From the human T2T-CHM13v2.0 reference genome, Homo sapiens, in NCBI RefSeq assembly GCF_009914755.1, contig NC_060934.1: 64,000 nt of DNA, one strand, 5' to 3'. Both the position numbers and the translations under genes were made by a program. The number at the start of each line of letters is the position of its first letter. Position 1 is the stretch's first letter. Below the pieces are notes generated by a model, which saw only the letters and a list, made by a program, of their open reading frames with translations, was not told the origin of the DNA and searched no databases. Positions 41,153-55,301 of the stretch are shown one piece after another.

Positions 41153-43637
41153 ATGGCACAGAACCCCCAGACTCTGGAACCTAGAGCTCATTCACAAAGG
41201 CAGGGCTACTATCTGGGCATGGTTCCCTTGCCTGTGCAACCGACAGCTTCTCCCACTACTGTTCTCTCTTTCCCCAGCTCCCTCTCTCCCAAAGCATCAT
41301 GACATTAACTGCCACAGGTTAGTGCAAGAAAACAAAGGCAGATCTTATACACAAATGGACACTGACGTTCTGAAAGACCAATGGCTCACTGTGCTATAGA
41401 CCTAAAAATTCACTTTGATTCTGACACAGAAAAGTGAGGCAAGAACTGAGCCACCGCATGCTCCTCTGTTAGCCAAGATAGGGCCGACTGACCAGAACAC
41501 GTGTGGCAGTGGCCCTTACCAATGCATAGGTGAGTTTCTGCAAAACAAAATCAGGCATCTCTTTAAATTAATGGTACTAATTTGAATGTAACTGGCTTTA
41601 TAGGCTTGTTTCCATGTTATTTGTGAATGCATTTAGTTTTTTTGAAGCTATAGGTGTTTTTATGTTTGTATAAATTTAAGTAACATTGTAATTCAGCACT
41701 GTAATCTGTGGATTATTTCCTGGGAAGAGGTTATATCTATACATTATTCTATTTTGAGAAACCCTGATACAAAAGAAGCTGAATAGCAGAGAAGTCTCAG
41801 CTGAAGTCGGATGACAGCAATTGCACTGGGCCAAGCCTTGCAGTTCCTCTAGGATGCCTGTGAGGTTTGAGGATGAGATCATAGGTCTTTAGAGTGTTTG
41901 CTCCAAATGCCCATGAAGGAAGAGTTCAGCTTTGCAAACACTGTGTTGTTCAGCCTCTGCTTTAGCTCACTAAAGAAGGGGGTTGGGGAGGGAGGGAAGA
42001 GATACTTTCTTCTGTGTCTGGGGGTACCCTAGGGAACATGTGTATGGAATTACACTGTCTCTTACAAGCACTTTTAGTTTGCTATGCCTGCAATTCAAGG
42101 ATGGCAGAATGCAAGATAGCCTATACTATCAAGATGGCCCTGACTCAGAGCCGCTTGGAAATGCCACCTGTAATCTTAAAACAAAACCCACCTTCCCTCT
42201 TCAAGAACAGTCAGTAGTTTAATTATGCTAAGTACTTTTCAACGTAGGAAGCTTTGGGTTGCTGAATTAAGCAACAGAACAGCACTCTTTTAAGGCTTAA
42301 GACTATACATTTAGAAAGCTGATAACATGTCTCATGCCAGAAAGCCTGAAGTCTATTAGGCAATTTCCAAGGATTACATTTCACAGACTCACTTTCCAAT
42401 CCAAGTACAGATATACTCAAACACCCTCACTCTTACAAGTGACCCTTGGCCTTGCTAAGGCTTCCTAGATAAATGTAGATGGAGACTTTTAGAACCAACA
42501 AAGACAAACATTTGGTTGAACATGTAAATGCAATTGTTCAAGCTGTAAATTAAATTCAATTACGTACAGAGAGTAGTATCTTAAGCCTCCTGCTAATTAT
42601 ACTTGTGAGTTTCAACTCATTAAACTCGGATAATGCCCAGAAAGACAGAATCTGGCAGCAGCAAGCCATGCATCCCGCCGCCCTGTCCCCTCTGTGGCTT
42701 TCATCACTGTGGTTTTGTATGTTGGCAAAGCCAATTCACATCCAAAGAGTCTTTAAGAAAAAAGGGGAGAGAGGCATCCGGGGTGTGACCATAGAAAATG
42801 TCGCCAAGAGCAGAGGCCCAATGTGCACCCTCTGAAGTTATCTACAAAATGCTGGTTTGGGGGTACAGGGGAGAACATAAGGCTTTCCAAGAGAAATGCT
42901 AATACTTGGAGGTGAAGAATCTTACCCTACACCCACCCACATACGCCCCCAAGGCAAGAATCCACAGAGCAGGCAGATTCCATTTCTCCTCTCCTTCGAG
43001 TGGGCAATTCAGCCTTTAGGTGGGCTCTTGGGAAGCAGAGCTGATTCAGCAACCCTGGGAAGCATGTTCAGCACCCTGTGTGGTCGCAGGGGCCCTTTTC
43101 ACCCCTTTCAGCATTACTTCTCCTTTTTGCTGTTTCTCTTACCCCAACTTTGACCCCTTGGTGACCAGGACATCTGATAAGTCCATTGGCAGGAAAGGGA
43201 TGACAGTGTGCTAACTAAGCCAGGAAGGTTTGCATTTTTTAAAAGGCCCCATGAGAAACACAACTTCAGTACAGAAAACAAATTGCTGATGTGGAAATTT
43301 TAAGTATTAATCAAGGGGATGTGTGGAGAGAGGAAGCTTTCCCTACAACCTTCAAGTCACAGTCAGCGGGCCATTCCAGCCACAAGGCCAACACTGATCA
43401 CAGGTTAATTAGATTGGTTCAAAAGATGGTGATTGAGAGGCTCCTATAAACCAGGCCTTGTACTAGTTTCCTGCTCTGGAAACACTTTTAAGAGGGCATG
43501 GGGGCAAGCCTTAAAGAACACGTGAGTTCAAATTCACCTTGAGTGAATGGATTTTGTTATACCATAACCATTTGTGATGGATGTTAGATAACCTTACACA
43601 TTCTTCACAATATTTTGGAGACCAGAATTTATGTCAC

Positions 43638-44480
43638 TGTATTGGTTATCTACAGCTGTGTAACAAATCACCCCAAAATATGGTCATTCAAAGCAACAAC
43701 CACTCGTTTAGCTCATTATTCTCCTGGGCAGTTCTTGCATGGGCCCTCAGGGTCTCTGCTGGGCTTGGTCCTGTGTCTGTGCTGATCTGGTAAACTGGCA
43801 GGATGCTGGCTGGTCCCAATGGCCACACTCACATGGCTGGTGCTTAGCTGGCTGTTGGCTGGTGCAAGTGGGTGACTGGGCCATGCTCTTCTCATCATCT
43901 ATCAGGTCGGCCAGGGCTCCTTGGCATGACAGAGGCAGTGTTCCAGGAATACTTGGAGAGTAATATGGTTTGGCTCTGTGTCCCCACCCAAATCTCATCT
44001 CAAATTGTAGTCCCCATAACCCCCACATGTTGAGGGAGAAGCCCGGTGGGAGATGATTGGATCACGGGGACAGTTTTCCCCATGCTGTTCTCATGATATT
44101 GAGTGAGTTCTCATGAGATCTGACGGTTTTTTAAGGAGCTCTTCTCCGTTTGCTTCTCACTCTTCCCTCTCCTGCTGCCTTGTGAAGAGGGTGTCTGCTT
44201 CCCTTTCTGCCATGATTGTAAGTTTCCTGAGGCCTCCCCAGCCATGCAGAACTGTGAGTCAATTAAACCTCTTTCCCTTATAAATTACCTGAGTCTCAAG
44301 TGGTATCTTCATAGCAGTGTGAAAGTGGGCTGACACAGAGGGCAAACCCAACCTGCAAGCTCTTTTCAGATATCTGCTTGTGTCAGATTTGTTGCTGTCC
44401 CATTCGTTCAAGCAAATCACATGGCCCAGCCCAGACTCACTATCCAGAGGGGTTCACCCAAAAGTGTAGATGCTTGTGGA
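43638..44480 (-). mobile_element. Old MLT1 (J/K-like) LTR split by THE1
   Basis: tgtattggttatctacagctgtgtaacaaatcaccccaaaa ... gcaaatcacatggcccagcccaga. Confidence 0.75.
43961..44337 (+). mobile_element. THE1 (C/D-like) solo LTR
   Basis: atatggtttggctctgtgtccccacccaaatctcatc ... gtgagtcaattaaacctct. TSD gagag/gaggg. Confidence 0.93.
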
Positions 44481-44660
44481 TTTCTTCTTGTAAAGTTCAG
44501 CTAATGCTCAGAAGGAAGAAATCAGGCAGCAGCAATGTGGACCATTACTGAAAAAATCAACCCAAGTTACCTATTATAATACATGGCTTTAAAAACACAA
44601 ACAAAAACCAAGAGTCCTGCCCTCTGAAGTGACAATTCCTAGACTTCTGAGTTATTTGGA

Positions 44661-45022
44661 TGTATTAGTCTGTTCTCACGCTGCTGAGACAGTGTGAGAC
44701 ATACCTGAGACTGGGTAATTTATAAAGGAAAGAGGTTTAATTGACTCACAGCTCCACATGGCTAGGGAGGCCTCACAATCATGGCAGAAGGTGAATGAGG
44801 AGCATAGTCTTGTCTTACATGGCAGCAGACAAGAGGGCTTGTGCAGGGGAACTCCCGTTTATAAAGCCATCAGATCTCATGAGACTTATTCACTATCATG
44901 AGCCCAGTATGGGAGAAATTGCCCCCACGATTCAATTATCTCCACCTGGCTTCACACTTGGCACGTGGGGATTATGATAATTCAAAGTGAGATTTGGATG
45001 GGGACATAGCCAAACGGTTTCA
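44661..45022 (-). mobile_element. THE1 (B/C-like) solo LTR
   Basis: tgtattagtctgttctcacgctgct ... gagatttggatggggacatagccaaac. TSD ttgga/gtgga. Confidence 0.93.
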
Positions 45023-46559
45023 GTGGACTAATAATATTTAAGAAGAAATAAGGAAGGTAGGAGTGAAACATAGGCTTGCTAAAATGTTTATGTTGTCAAC
45101 TAAGAATATTAAAATAACAAACAGGTAATTACCATCTACTGCCTTGAGTATTTTAATTTAGGAAAAGGCCATCTCAATACCGAAGTCGAAGCAAGACCTG
45201 AGTTTAGAATAAACATTAGTTCTTTAATTTGAATAAATTTGGTATTATGAAAAGCTATCTTCATTGTCCTTATTTTTCTCATTTCACTGAAGATCAGTGG
45301 AAAGTCTGATTTAAATGGCCCTATTCTGGAGGCTGACATCTTAGAACAACTGGCCTAGAGAAAGATAACAGGGTAAGGCAGGCTTTGCTGATTAAGTAAT
45401 TAAGTTAACTACTACTAAGTTAGTTGTTATTTAAGCCTGTATTGCATGTGCTTGCTAGCAGTGCCCTACTTTATTTAAGGTGTGATAGAAGGTAAAAGAG
45501 CAATCTTCCTCAAGCCTTCCATAGGCTAGCCTGGAAGTAAAGACTGGGCATTAATATAGATAGTCAAAAATCTAGAAAACAGAAGTCCCAAAGCAGAGCT
45601 CAGAAGGGAATTGCAAAAACAATAGAGGTGAGGCTGAAATAGGACTGTGAAACCAGCTCACAAGCAAGAAAGAACAAGGTTGCTAATTCATTTTACATTT
45701 AGCGCATTAATCCTGGCTTGAAAAGAAGCTCCCTGGAGCCACATGGAAGACTATTTTCTTACATATCTCTGGGATTCTGTCTTGTCAGCTTAGATCATAA
45801 CTCTACCAGGCAAGAATAGTGTCTACTTCTGAGCTGTGAACAACATTAGCCTAGACTACACTGGTTGCATGAGTATGACATCCCTCCAAACGTGTCGCTT
45901 TTACATATTTGAATTTACTGATCACACTGAAAAGAGAAGTGAGAAAATGGAGTTTCCAAGTCCATTGCTTTCTAAGATTCTTGGAAACTTTTTGCAGAAG
46001 AGGTGCCAGTTGAAGTGACACACATGCCAGGAACTTGCCATTCTTCCTCTTTTTGGAACTCTGTAGCTACATTCTCCATAGATATAGAGGGTAGGTGAGC
46101 CCATAGTAGTTTTGCCTACGTGGGGAGGTTTTTACTAGTTTCTTGCCTGTGTTCCTGTTACTCAGCACAGCAGATGGGGGTGGCTCTCACTTGAATATCA
46201 GCCCGCCAGAAGCTGAAGAGGAACTGCTGCCAAATTTTGATCACTAAATTGTTATCCAGTGTCATCCCACATTCAAATAAGATGCCTTCTTTAAGAAACC
46301 ACCTTTTGAGAGAAAGCTAATTTTAGAATGACTAGAATACAAAAACGCTCAACACAGAAATAAAGCCCCAGATCCCATGGTGTTGTTCCTTTTCCCAAGT
46401 ATCCTTCTCTTTCAAGGCTTGTTTCAGCCAAAATAAAAGACTCAGCCACTCTCTCCCTTCAATATTTCTAAGCAAGAGATTCTTCGTGGATTGGGTAGTT
46501 CAGAAAGATCGAGCAAATTTCAAAGCATGCCTCCTTCATTCTCATCAATGATAGAAAAG

Positions 46560-46560
<1 letters not shown>

Positions 46561-46604
<44 letters not shown>
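46561..46604. repeat. Perfect (CTAT)11 tetranucleotide STR
   Basis: 44 bp of uninterrupted ctat. Confidence 0.98.
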
Positions 46605-49455
46605 TTGAACTGTAACAATCTAATTCAAGTTTGACATTTTTTGATTGGGAAACTGAGTACCTCATATCTAATGCAAGGATTAGAACCCAGTACTTCAAAC
46701 CATCAGTGCATTATTCATTGAAATCTCCTCCCTATACTAGGAGGACAAGGCCCTGGCAGAGGTTACATAATATGTTTCAATGTGTTCTGAAAGCCTCAGA
46801 AAACATGCCCCAAACACGGAACCATTTTTCTCCTTCAACTGCCATTTTTTGTTTGCCTCTTTTAGTCCATTGACAGAGAAATGAGTTTTTCCCACAATCA
46901 GAGATGATGAAACACTGACTCCTAGTAGCACCATTTCCAATGCATAAACTCAAGGTGCTATTAGGAAGAGAGTCATGAATTTAACCAAGATATGGCCTCA
47001 GTCGTTTGAAAACCTAAGCAAAGGGATATCCCTTTCAAAGCACCCTACTCCAAGTTTTTCATGTTTGGCCTGATATGTATGTCACCACCCATGGGTGAAG
47101 TCACCCACCCAAGTGACTGCTTTAGACCACTGCCATACAACGTTTTCAGATATGCAGAGAATACTCACTGGTACAAGTTTGAATTAGACATCCAAAGATA
47201 CTTATCCCCTGTCTGACTTTAGCAAGGACAGAGTAGACATGAAAAGATGGCCTTCAGAAGTGTCTAACTTTCCATCGAGGTCACCATGATCAGAAGGTAC
47301 AAAAACAGTCTCCATCACATGATTACGGGCCTTCGCCCCTTTGCTGGACTCCTATAGTACTCAAATCACATTTCAATTTTAACCCTTTGCAAACTATACA
47401 TTGTGTCTTTGCATGAGCACTTTTTTGAATGAAGATGGATCAGAATCCAAATTTCTCATTACATACAATTTTCAAAACAGTAACCAAGTTTTTAAAAAAT
47501 TACCCTCAATTCTGGAACAACTGTCTGGTTTTTCCATATTTGCCTATAATTATTACATCAAAAAGTGGGTGCATGTCAAGCCACGTACAGATGAGTAGAA
47601 CCCAAGCACTGCACAAAGCATCACTGTGCATTGAAAGAAAGTGATAACGTGAGTTGTCTTTTTAATACTTGTAAGAAACATTAGCCACTGCTTTCTGTGA
47701 GTCTATTACCACTCTATCTTGTGTGAGATCTGGCAATGGTTCAAGGAAACTTCAAACTCTCATGGGGGATTTGCCTATCAGTTTAAAACCCAGAATAATC
47801 CTAAGACTCCTCTTTGAAAATGAATCCAAATTCACTACATTCTGATGTAAAACAAGTCTTACTATAAAATTGCATTTTAAACCAATCTTGCTGATATTCA
47901 GGTCACATGACTCACCTGCAATGGGTGCCACGGGTCTTCCACGTGGTTGGGGAAGATGGAAGGCAGAGAACCATTTCACCCCGTTATTAGGTTCCTGCTA
48001 GGTTGCCAGTTGTCTCCCCGACCCCTTCACCATGTCTGCTCCCAAGATGAACTGCCTTAGGTAGATTACAGAGGAGACACATTTCACCTCTTAATAAAAT
48101 GCCCCATTGGCCATTGTGAACAGATATCTTCAATTGTTCTGTGTCTGGAAATCCAGAGATGATTTCTTAGCATTTTAAGAGATCACTCAATAACAGTGAG
48201 AAAACACACGGACATTGTAACTCTGGGTGAGAGTATGAACCCACCATTTGCAATGATGGCAACTGTTGAGAAGAGGGAAGAATGTAGATAAAACACTGAA
48301 GTGAGCTTTTTCATAAACAGATAAGAAGTACATAAAGGCACAGGTGGTGTGGTATGCGGGGATGAGACTGTTAATCTGAAGATCTGAAGGAAAATTTTCC
48401 AAAGTAGGGAAATACAATTGGTAAAATAATATGAATGGAAAGTGTGCCTTAAAGAGATTCTGTCTGTGTCCTTAGAGTTCCGTTTGTGGTTCACGTGCTT
48501 TGCTAGTAGAAATAGAATGTATTGAATAAGTAAAATTAGGCAAACATATTTCTGTCAGCAAAAAATACATGTCTCAGTCAGCAAGACACTCAGAGATACA
48601 GGAATAGTAAAGAGGAAGAAACCATAGGGTTTTGATGCTTTTGTAGCCACAAGGAGTGGAACTGGGGTGAGGTTTGCTAGTGAATTTGTACACTGGACAT
48701 AAAATGAATTTATGGGAGGACAGTGTGAACAGTGGACAAAAGGGATAGACAGAGTCTGCCTCCTAGAAGATGTCTACTACCTGCCGAGTGGTCCTAAATG
48801 GTATGTTTGCCACCATCACAAATTAACCTGTGAATTTAATAAACTCAATGTCTGAAGACCCTCATTGGCTCAACTGTCCACCCAGTGTGTCCCATGAGTG
48901 AGGGATTGGGGAGCTCATTTCCAGGAAGCTTCCAGAGTTGGCCTGAGCTGCTGAAGAGCCAGAGAGAGCAGCTTGCTCACTTTACTCACTGCTTTTCCTT
49001 CCCCTCTCTTCATGCAGAGGTTTGGAGCCTGCCTTACATGAAAGGGAATCAGCAGCTTGGTGTATCCTTGGTTTTTGCCAAAGACCCAGTGCTCTCTCTA
49101 CCCATATCTCATACCAAACTATGTAAAGACACAAAATAACAAACCCAGCCACTCCAAGGAATGAATACCTGACAAGTGATTAATTCTCAGATATATTTCT
49201 GATATTCTAAGGGCCTGTTGGTGGCTCAGTCATGTTCTTGGCTAGCTCGGAGTCTGTATTTGAGGCAACAAATCAGACTGAGAAACTCCATTGTCAGCCC
49301 CCTGCAGTTGCTAAGCTTGGAGATGAAGAAGACACCCGGCCCCAGATCTGGAGGGTTGTGTGGCTGAGCCCCTGCCTTTGCTCTTTACAGTGGCTACACC
49401 TCTATTTTAAGGAAGCCCTCCTGTTTTCTGGATTATGAATTTCAGGTTAAGGCCT

Positions 49456-49870
49456 TGTCTTGGTCCTTTTGTGTTGCTGTAAAGGAATACCTGAGGCTGG
49501 GTCATTTATAAGAAACAGAGGCTTATTTGGCTCATGGTTCTACAGGCCACACAAGAAGCATGGTGCCAGCGTCTGCTTCTGGTGAAAGCTTTAGGAAGCT
49601 CCACCCATGGTAGAAGGTGAAGGGGAGCAGGTGTGTAGATATCACATGGTGGGAAGTAAGAGAGAGGGGAGGAAGGTGCCCATCTTGTTCACAATCACTT
49701 CTTGTAGGAACTAATAGAGCAAGAGCTCACTCATTACTGTCGGGATGGCACTAAGCCATTCATGAGGGTTCTAGCCCCATGACAAAAACACCTCCCACCA
49801 GGGCCCACCTCCAACACGGGATCAAATTTCAACATGATATTTGGAGGAGACAAACATCCAAACCATATTA
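49456..49870 (-). mobile_element. MSTB-like solo LTR
   Basis: gtgttgctgtaaaggaatacctgaggctggg ... tttcaacatgatatttggaggagacaaacatccaaaccata. Confidence 0.9.
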
Positions 49871-50334
49871 TGACTTTTCCCCTTTTTGTTTCCCTTAAGT
49901 CAAATGCTTGCCTTAAGCATGGCAGAGAGAGAGTGCTTGCAGGTGGGGCTTTCTAGAGAGGTTAGAAAGGTTGCATGTGAAGCAGTCTTCTCCTCAAGTC
50001 TATATTGGTGCCTACAATGCCTCCACTAGAGTCATCCACTGGGCATTTATTTACCTTGAAAAGATACTGCCAGGAGGCAGATATGTCACTCAGGAGGAAT
50101 AAACACTGATCCACAACTATGAGCTATTTGTGCTGGCCTAGAACTCTCAAATTGGTTGGCAAGGCTGAAGGGGACTATGCAAAATAATTTTTTATGTTTG
50201 GTTTCTTTCTTAGTTTACATACATTTTCACAAATATTATTTTAGCCAATCTCCACAACAACCTATGAGACAAGCACATTTGATTCCTTTTTGCTGATGAA
50301 AAATCTAATACTCAAAAAAGTAAAAAAAAGAAGG

Positions 50335-50729
50335 CAGCCCAGGCTGCCTCAACAAAATGCTGTAGCTTCTGTGGCTTAAACAACAGAAACTTATTTTCTT
50401 GCAGTTCTGAAGACTGGAAGTCCCAGATCAATGCGCCAGCAGGGTTAGTGTCAGATGAGGGCTCTCTCTTTGGGCTGCAGAAAGCCACCTTCCTGTTATG
50501 ACTTTTCTTCTATTTGTGTACATTGAGAAAGAAAGATGGAGAGAGAGATCTCTGGTGTCTCTTCCTCTTTTTATAAATTCACCAGTTCTATAAATTAGGG
50601 TCTCACCCTTATGGAAGGTAATTTAACCATAATTACCTTCCTAAATGGCCTATACCCAAATAAAGTCACATTGGGGGTTTAGGCTTCAACATACAGAGTT
50701 TGCGGAGGGACACAGTTTAGTCCATAGCA
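50335..50729 (-). mobile_element. MLT1A-like LTR inserted in a MIR (MIR at about 50220-50320 and 50730-50780)
   Basis: ggcttaaacaacagaaacttattttcttgcagttctgaagactggaagtcc ... gggacacagtttagtccatagca. Confidence 0.85.
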
Positions 50730-53356
50730 GCTAGTATGTGTCAGAGTCAGGATCAGAACCCAGTCTCCTAACTCCATATGCCCTTCCTTATATGTCATTT
50801 ACAGCTAAGTGTGGATAGAGGTAGAAGGAAACAGAGAGGAGCAAGAGGGTGTGAGGAGGAGAGGAAATCTCGGTGGGACACTGAGGAGGTGGTGGGATCA
50901 GAAGGAGGAATCCTGGGTGCTGAATCTGCAGGTGATGGGAGGGTGGGGAGGAGAGAGGGAAGTGAAACCAGATGATGGAAGGAATAAACTAGAGATGAAG
51001 GAGGGAGTCGAGGTCCATGCTAGGATCCACATGAAAGACTACCACAGACTGAAATGTAAGTCACCAAGAGAATTTGGAAAAAACCTGTTGTATTTGGGAC
51101 TTGAAGGAATATGGTATAGGAAAGAGAACATGGCACTGGGGATAAGAGAACCAGCCCTGGCCTGGCTTTGGATGTGTGACTCAACATCTCTGATCTCAGT
51201 GTCTTCACTGGACTCTCTCAAGACAAAGGCCCAGACTCAGATCATCTTGAATGTCCTGGGAGGGTCTCAAAGAGCTCCTCTGAATCGTGTGCATGTATGA
51301 GGTGGTGATGAGAAGGGTGGCGGAATAACATGGAAACCCAAACAAATCTTCACCAGTTACCTATTTCATGATTTGCTTTAAGCCAAGCTGGGTAGAACTG
51401 ACCTCTGAGCTGTAGGACCTGAGGACAAGATCCCAATCATAGTACTGGAATGACATCAGTGATGGGAAGAGACACTGACCAAATGGGACTAAATTAAACC
51501 ATTTTCTCAAAGTGTAGTGTCTTTATTGGCCTCTTCCGGATGCTTTAAGGAGCAAGACAAGGATAAAGGGAATTCTGAGAACATGAATTAGGAGCAGCCT
51601 TGAAGCCCTGGGGAATTTGTCCGTCTGGGCCTGTGCTGTGGGGCACACTTCAACATTTATCCACCCTTCCATCAGCCACCTTTGACCAACACTAAAAGCC
51701 CGTTACCAAGAAGACAGAGAGAATAATTTCTCTCCTATTAGTCCTTTCTCCTTCCCAAATGTAGTGTTAGCCACTGGGAGCTGTAATTGCAGGCATCACC
51801 CAAGGACTATGGATATAAATTTCACAAAGGGCAAGACCTTCCATTATGAGTGGGAAGATGGCTTTAATTAAAAAAAAAAAAATCAATATATTGTTTCCAA
51901 TCATTAGAATCCCATGTCAGTGGCAAAATCAATCCTTTTCATATTAAAATGCTTACATTCACACTAAGATGTTATATTACACATGAGTCATTGAAGGAGG
52001 TGGGGAAGGGGGCTGCCTGAGGACCAGCAGGGGCCCCAGCCATGCTGGGCCATCCTTCCAGTCATGGGTTTCTTGAAGGCCAGTCTTCAGCAATGCTGTG
52101 AGGTGAGAAATTCTACACGCACCAGATAGATTTGAAATTCTGTGCACTAGAGAAAGTGTCTCATCTTGACAGATTCTTTCCTCATTCTTCCCAATCCTCA
52201 AATGAAAGCAAGAAGAAAAAGAAAAGCTGAAATCACATTTTAAAGAACGGGAGTGGTTTTCACTCTACAGCAGTTGCTCCCTATGCTGTGATGGTGAATT
52301 TTTTCTACAGGGTTCAACCAAGAAGCACCAGGGGATTCCGATGTTAAAAAGGGGCTGTGTTTTTAAGAGATAATTTATTTATTCATGTAAGAAAATGCCT
52401 TTGATTTTAATCAGTGGCAAGGGGTTGATTCTCCCCTCCAGTTTCCTGAGAAGCATCAGAGAACAGAGACAGTGTGGATCTTGCTGGAGAACCTCACGTA
52501 TTACTGAAATCGACTCTTGACAGCATTAAATTCCCAGAGGTGCTATTCCATTTCCCACACAACATAATAGTAATGATCTTATGAAGAAATTTTGCTTTTA
52601 TGGAAACTGTTTATTTCTAAGAACATTCTAACGTCAGGCTAAGTGTGAAGCTTCCCTAATAAAGAAGTAAAATAAAACGAGTCCTAATTAAAAACATTGT
52701 TTAAAGAGACACTTGTGAGATAAAAGAAAATCACACTTTACACGGAAAACTTAATCATGTATATTGCTAGAAAGCACTGCAGATTATTCAAGCCAATTTC
52801 CCAGAATCCATGCCTTGTCATTCTTTATACTCTTCAACCCCAATTCTTCTGGGTACCGTTTTCCTTAACTCCAGTTCAGCAGACACTCCCTTTGAAGTTA
52901 GTGTGAACCTCCTGCCCAAAGGGGAGAGAGATGCTTGAGGAATATCCGCTGATTTTTTTTTTCTCGTTTCACTGGGTTTTGAAAAGGATAAAACAGTCTT
53001 GCTGTCTGTCAAATGCTGCCCAGTTTGATTTCCTGCCTGTGTGGACAGAGCAGATATGTCTGGTTGATGCTCAGGCACTCAACAAATAGGACTGTGAAAA
53101 TGATTTTATTAGCATATTGAAGAAATCGTGGGGCTGGCTTTATACGCTCACATATTTACTATGCCGTGGTGTTTTTCCTGCCTTTGGGAAGCAGACTCTA
53201 CTAAGTTATTCCTTTGTGCTGATGTGAGCCTGGAGTAAGCCGGGAAAGACTTGAATGCTGGCTTTGTCCTGTTCTGTGACTTTGGGAAGTGACTTTACCT
53301 CCAAGTGCATTATCGCCTCTTCTATATAACTTGGGGAAAATACTACTGCCTTTCTT

Positions 53357-53673
<317 letters not shown>

Positions 53674-54117
53674 TAGTACCTTTCTGACAGGGTTTTTTGT
53701 ATTGAGTTATCAAATTCATTAAAAAAAAAAAGCCTTTATCAGCTAGGTACTAGTGTTATTCCCATGTTATAGAGGAGGAAACTGAGGCTCAGAGAGATAC
53801 ATGCCGAACACACTGCCTATATAAGGCTTATGCATAAACTTGGCATATAGTATAATGCCTGTTACCTAGAAAGAGTGCAATACATATTAACTATCATAAT
53901 AATAGCTTCAGATCATTCCAGTGATCCTTTAAAATAGTGAGCAGAAGAGTGGCTACAGGTAGAAACTTGGGGAGCATCAACAATTAGGAGATGGGTGGAA
54001 GAGAGGAGAGAATCAACAATGATGAGGACACAACCAATCAATAATGACATTGCCCAGCATTTATGGCTTCTATACTGTGTGCCAGGCACTATTCTAAGGG
54101 CATCCCATGTTTTAACC

Positions 54118-54348
54118 CAGGAGTGTCCAATCTTTTGGCTTCCCTGGGGCACATTGGGAGAAGAAGAATTGTCTTGAGCCTCACATAAAATACATTAGCA
54201 CTGACAATAGCTGATGAGCAAAAAACAAAAAGGAATATCTCTAAAAAATCTCATAATGTTTTAAGAAAGTTTATGAATTTGTGATGGGCTGCATTCAAAG
54301 CCATCCTGGGACACATGTGGCCCACAAGCCGGGGGTTGGACAGGCTTG
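54118..54348 (+). mobile_element. MER30 inserted in a MIR (MIR at about 54050-54530, minus)
   Basis: caggagtgtccaatcttttggcttccctggg ... gggttggacaggcttg; degenerate 8-bp TSD ttttaacc/ctttaatc; MIR core ttttatagatgaagagactgagg follows. Confidence 0.88.
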
Positions 54349-54873
54349 CTTTAATCCATTTCATCTTCATCACAACACTCTGAGATAGGGAAGCATTGTA
54401 TCCGTTATTTATAGATGAAGAGACTGAGGTATAGAGAGGTTTGGTGAATGCCTCAAGGTTGCGTAGCTGGTCAGTGGCAGAGCCATCCCTGCAGCCTGAC
54501 TCTGGAGCGCACTTCTTTAAGCTCTCACTTTACCGCTGTCCCAGAGCACTGACAGGCAGAACTGGAGAATTAGGAGAACAAGAGACTGTATCATAAGACC
54601 AGGGAGAGATTGAGAGGCTGGCAGTGTTAAATTACCTTCCATAGGTTATGGTCCCAGCAGGAAAGAGATGGCATCCCCAAAATTGAGAAATTTGAAGACA
54701 GTTTAGTAAAGGGACTATTTACAAAGGTATGGTCAGGTGTAGGCTATTTGACTCCTGCAATCCAGAGTGTTAAAGATAATAATGGGCTACATGGTGGCAG
54801 GTAACAGTGGAGGGTAGAGAGTGAGGTTAGCACCTGTTGGCCTGGATGGCTGAGAGGAGAAAGTATATGCTGG

Positions 54874-55149
54874 GGCCGGAAGCAGTGGTTCACTCCTGTA
54901 ATTCCAGCACTTTGGTAGGCCAAGGCAGGAGGATCACCTGAGGTCAGAAGTTCAAGACCAGCCTGGGCAACATGGTGAAACCCCATCTTTACTGGAAACA
55001 GAAAAATTAGCTGACTGTGGTGCTGCACGCTTGTAATCCCAGCTACTTGGGAGGCTGATGTGGGAGGATCGCTTGAACCCAGGAAGTGGAGGCTACAGTG
55101 AGATCCTGCCACTGCACTCCAGCCTGGGCAACAGAGTAAGCCCTGTCTG
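54874..55149 (+). mobile_element. AluS/J element
   Basis: Dimeric Alu body ending gcctgggcaacagagtaagccctgtct. Confidence 0.93.
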
Positions 55150-55185
55150 AAAGAAAGAAAGAAAAAAAGAAAGAAAGAAAAAAAG

Positions 55186-55218
<33 letters not shown>

Positions 55219-55220
55219 AA

Positions 55221-55301
<81 letters not shown>

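Noticed and set aside
50809-51300. 163-aa + strand ORF, among the longest in the track
   Set aside because: It starts at GTG, runs through purine-rich low-complexity sequence and ends across a MIR-like fragment. No recognisable domain.
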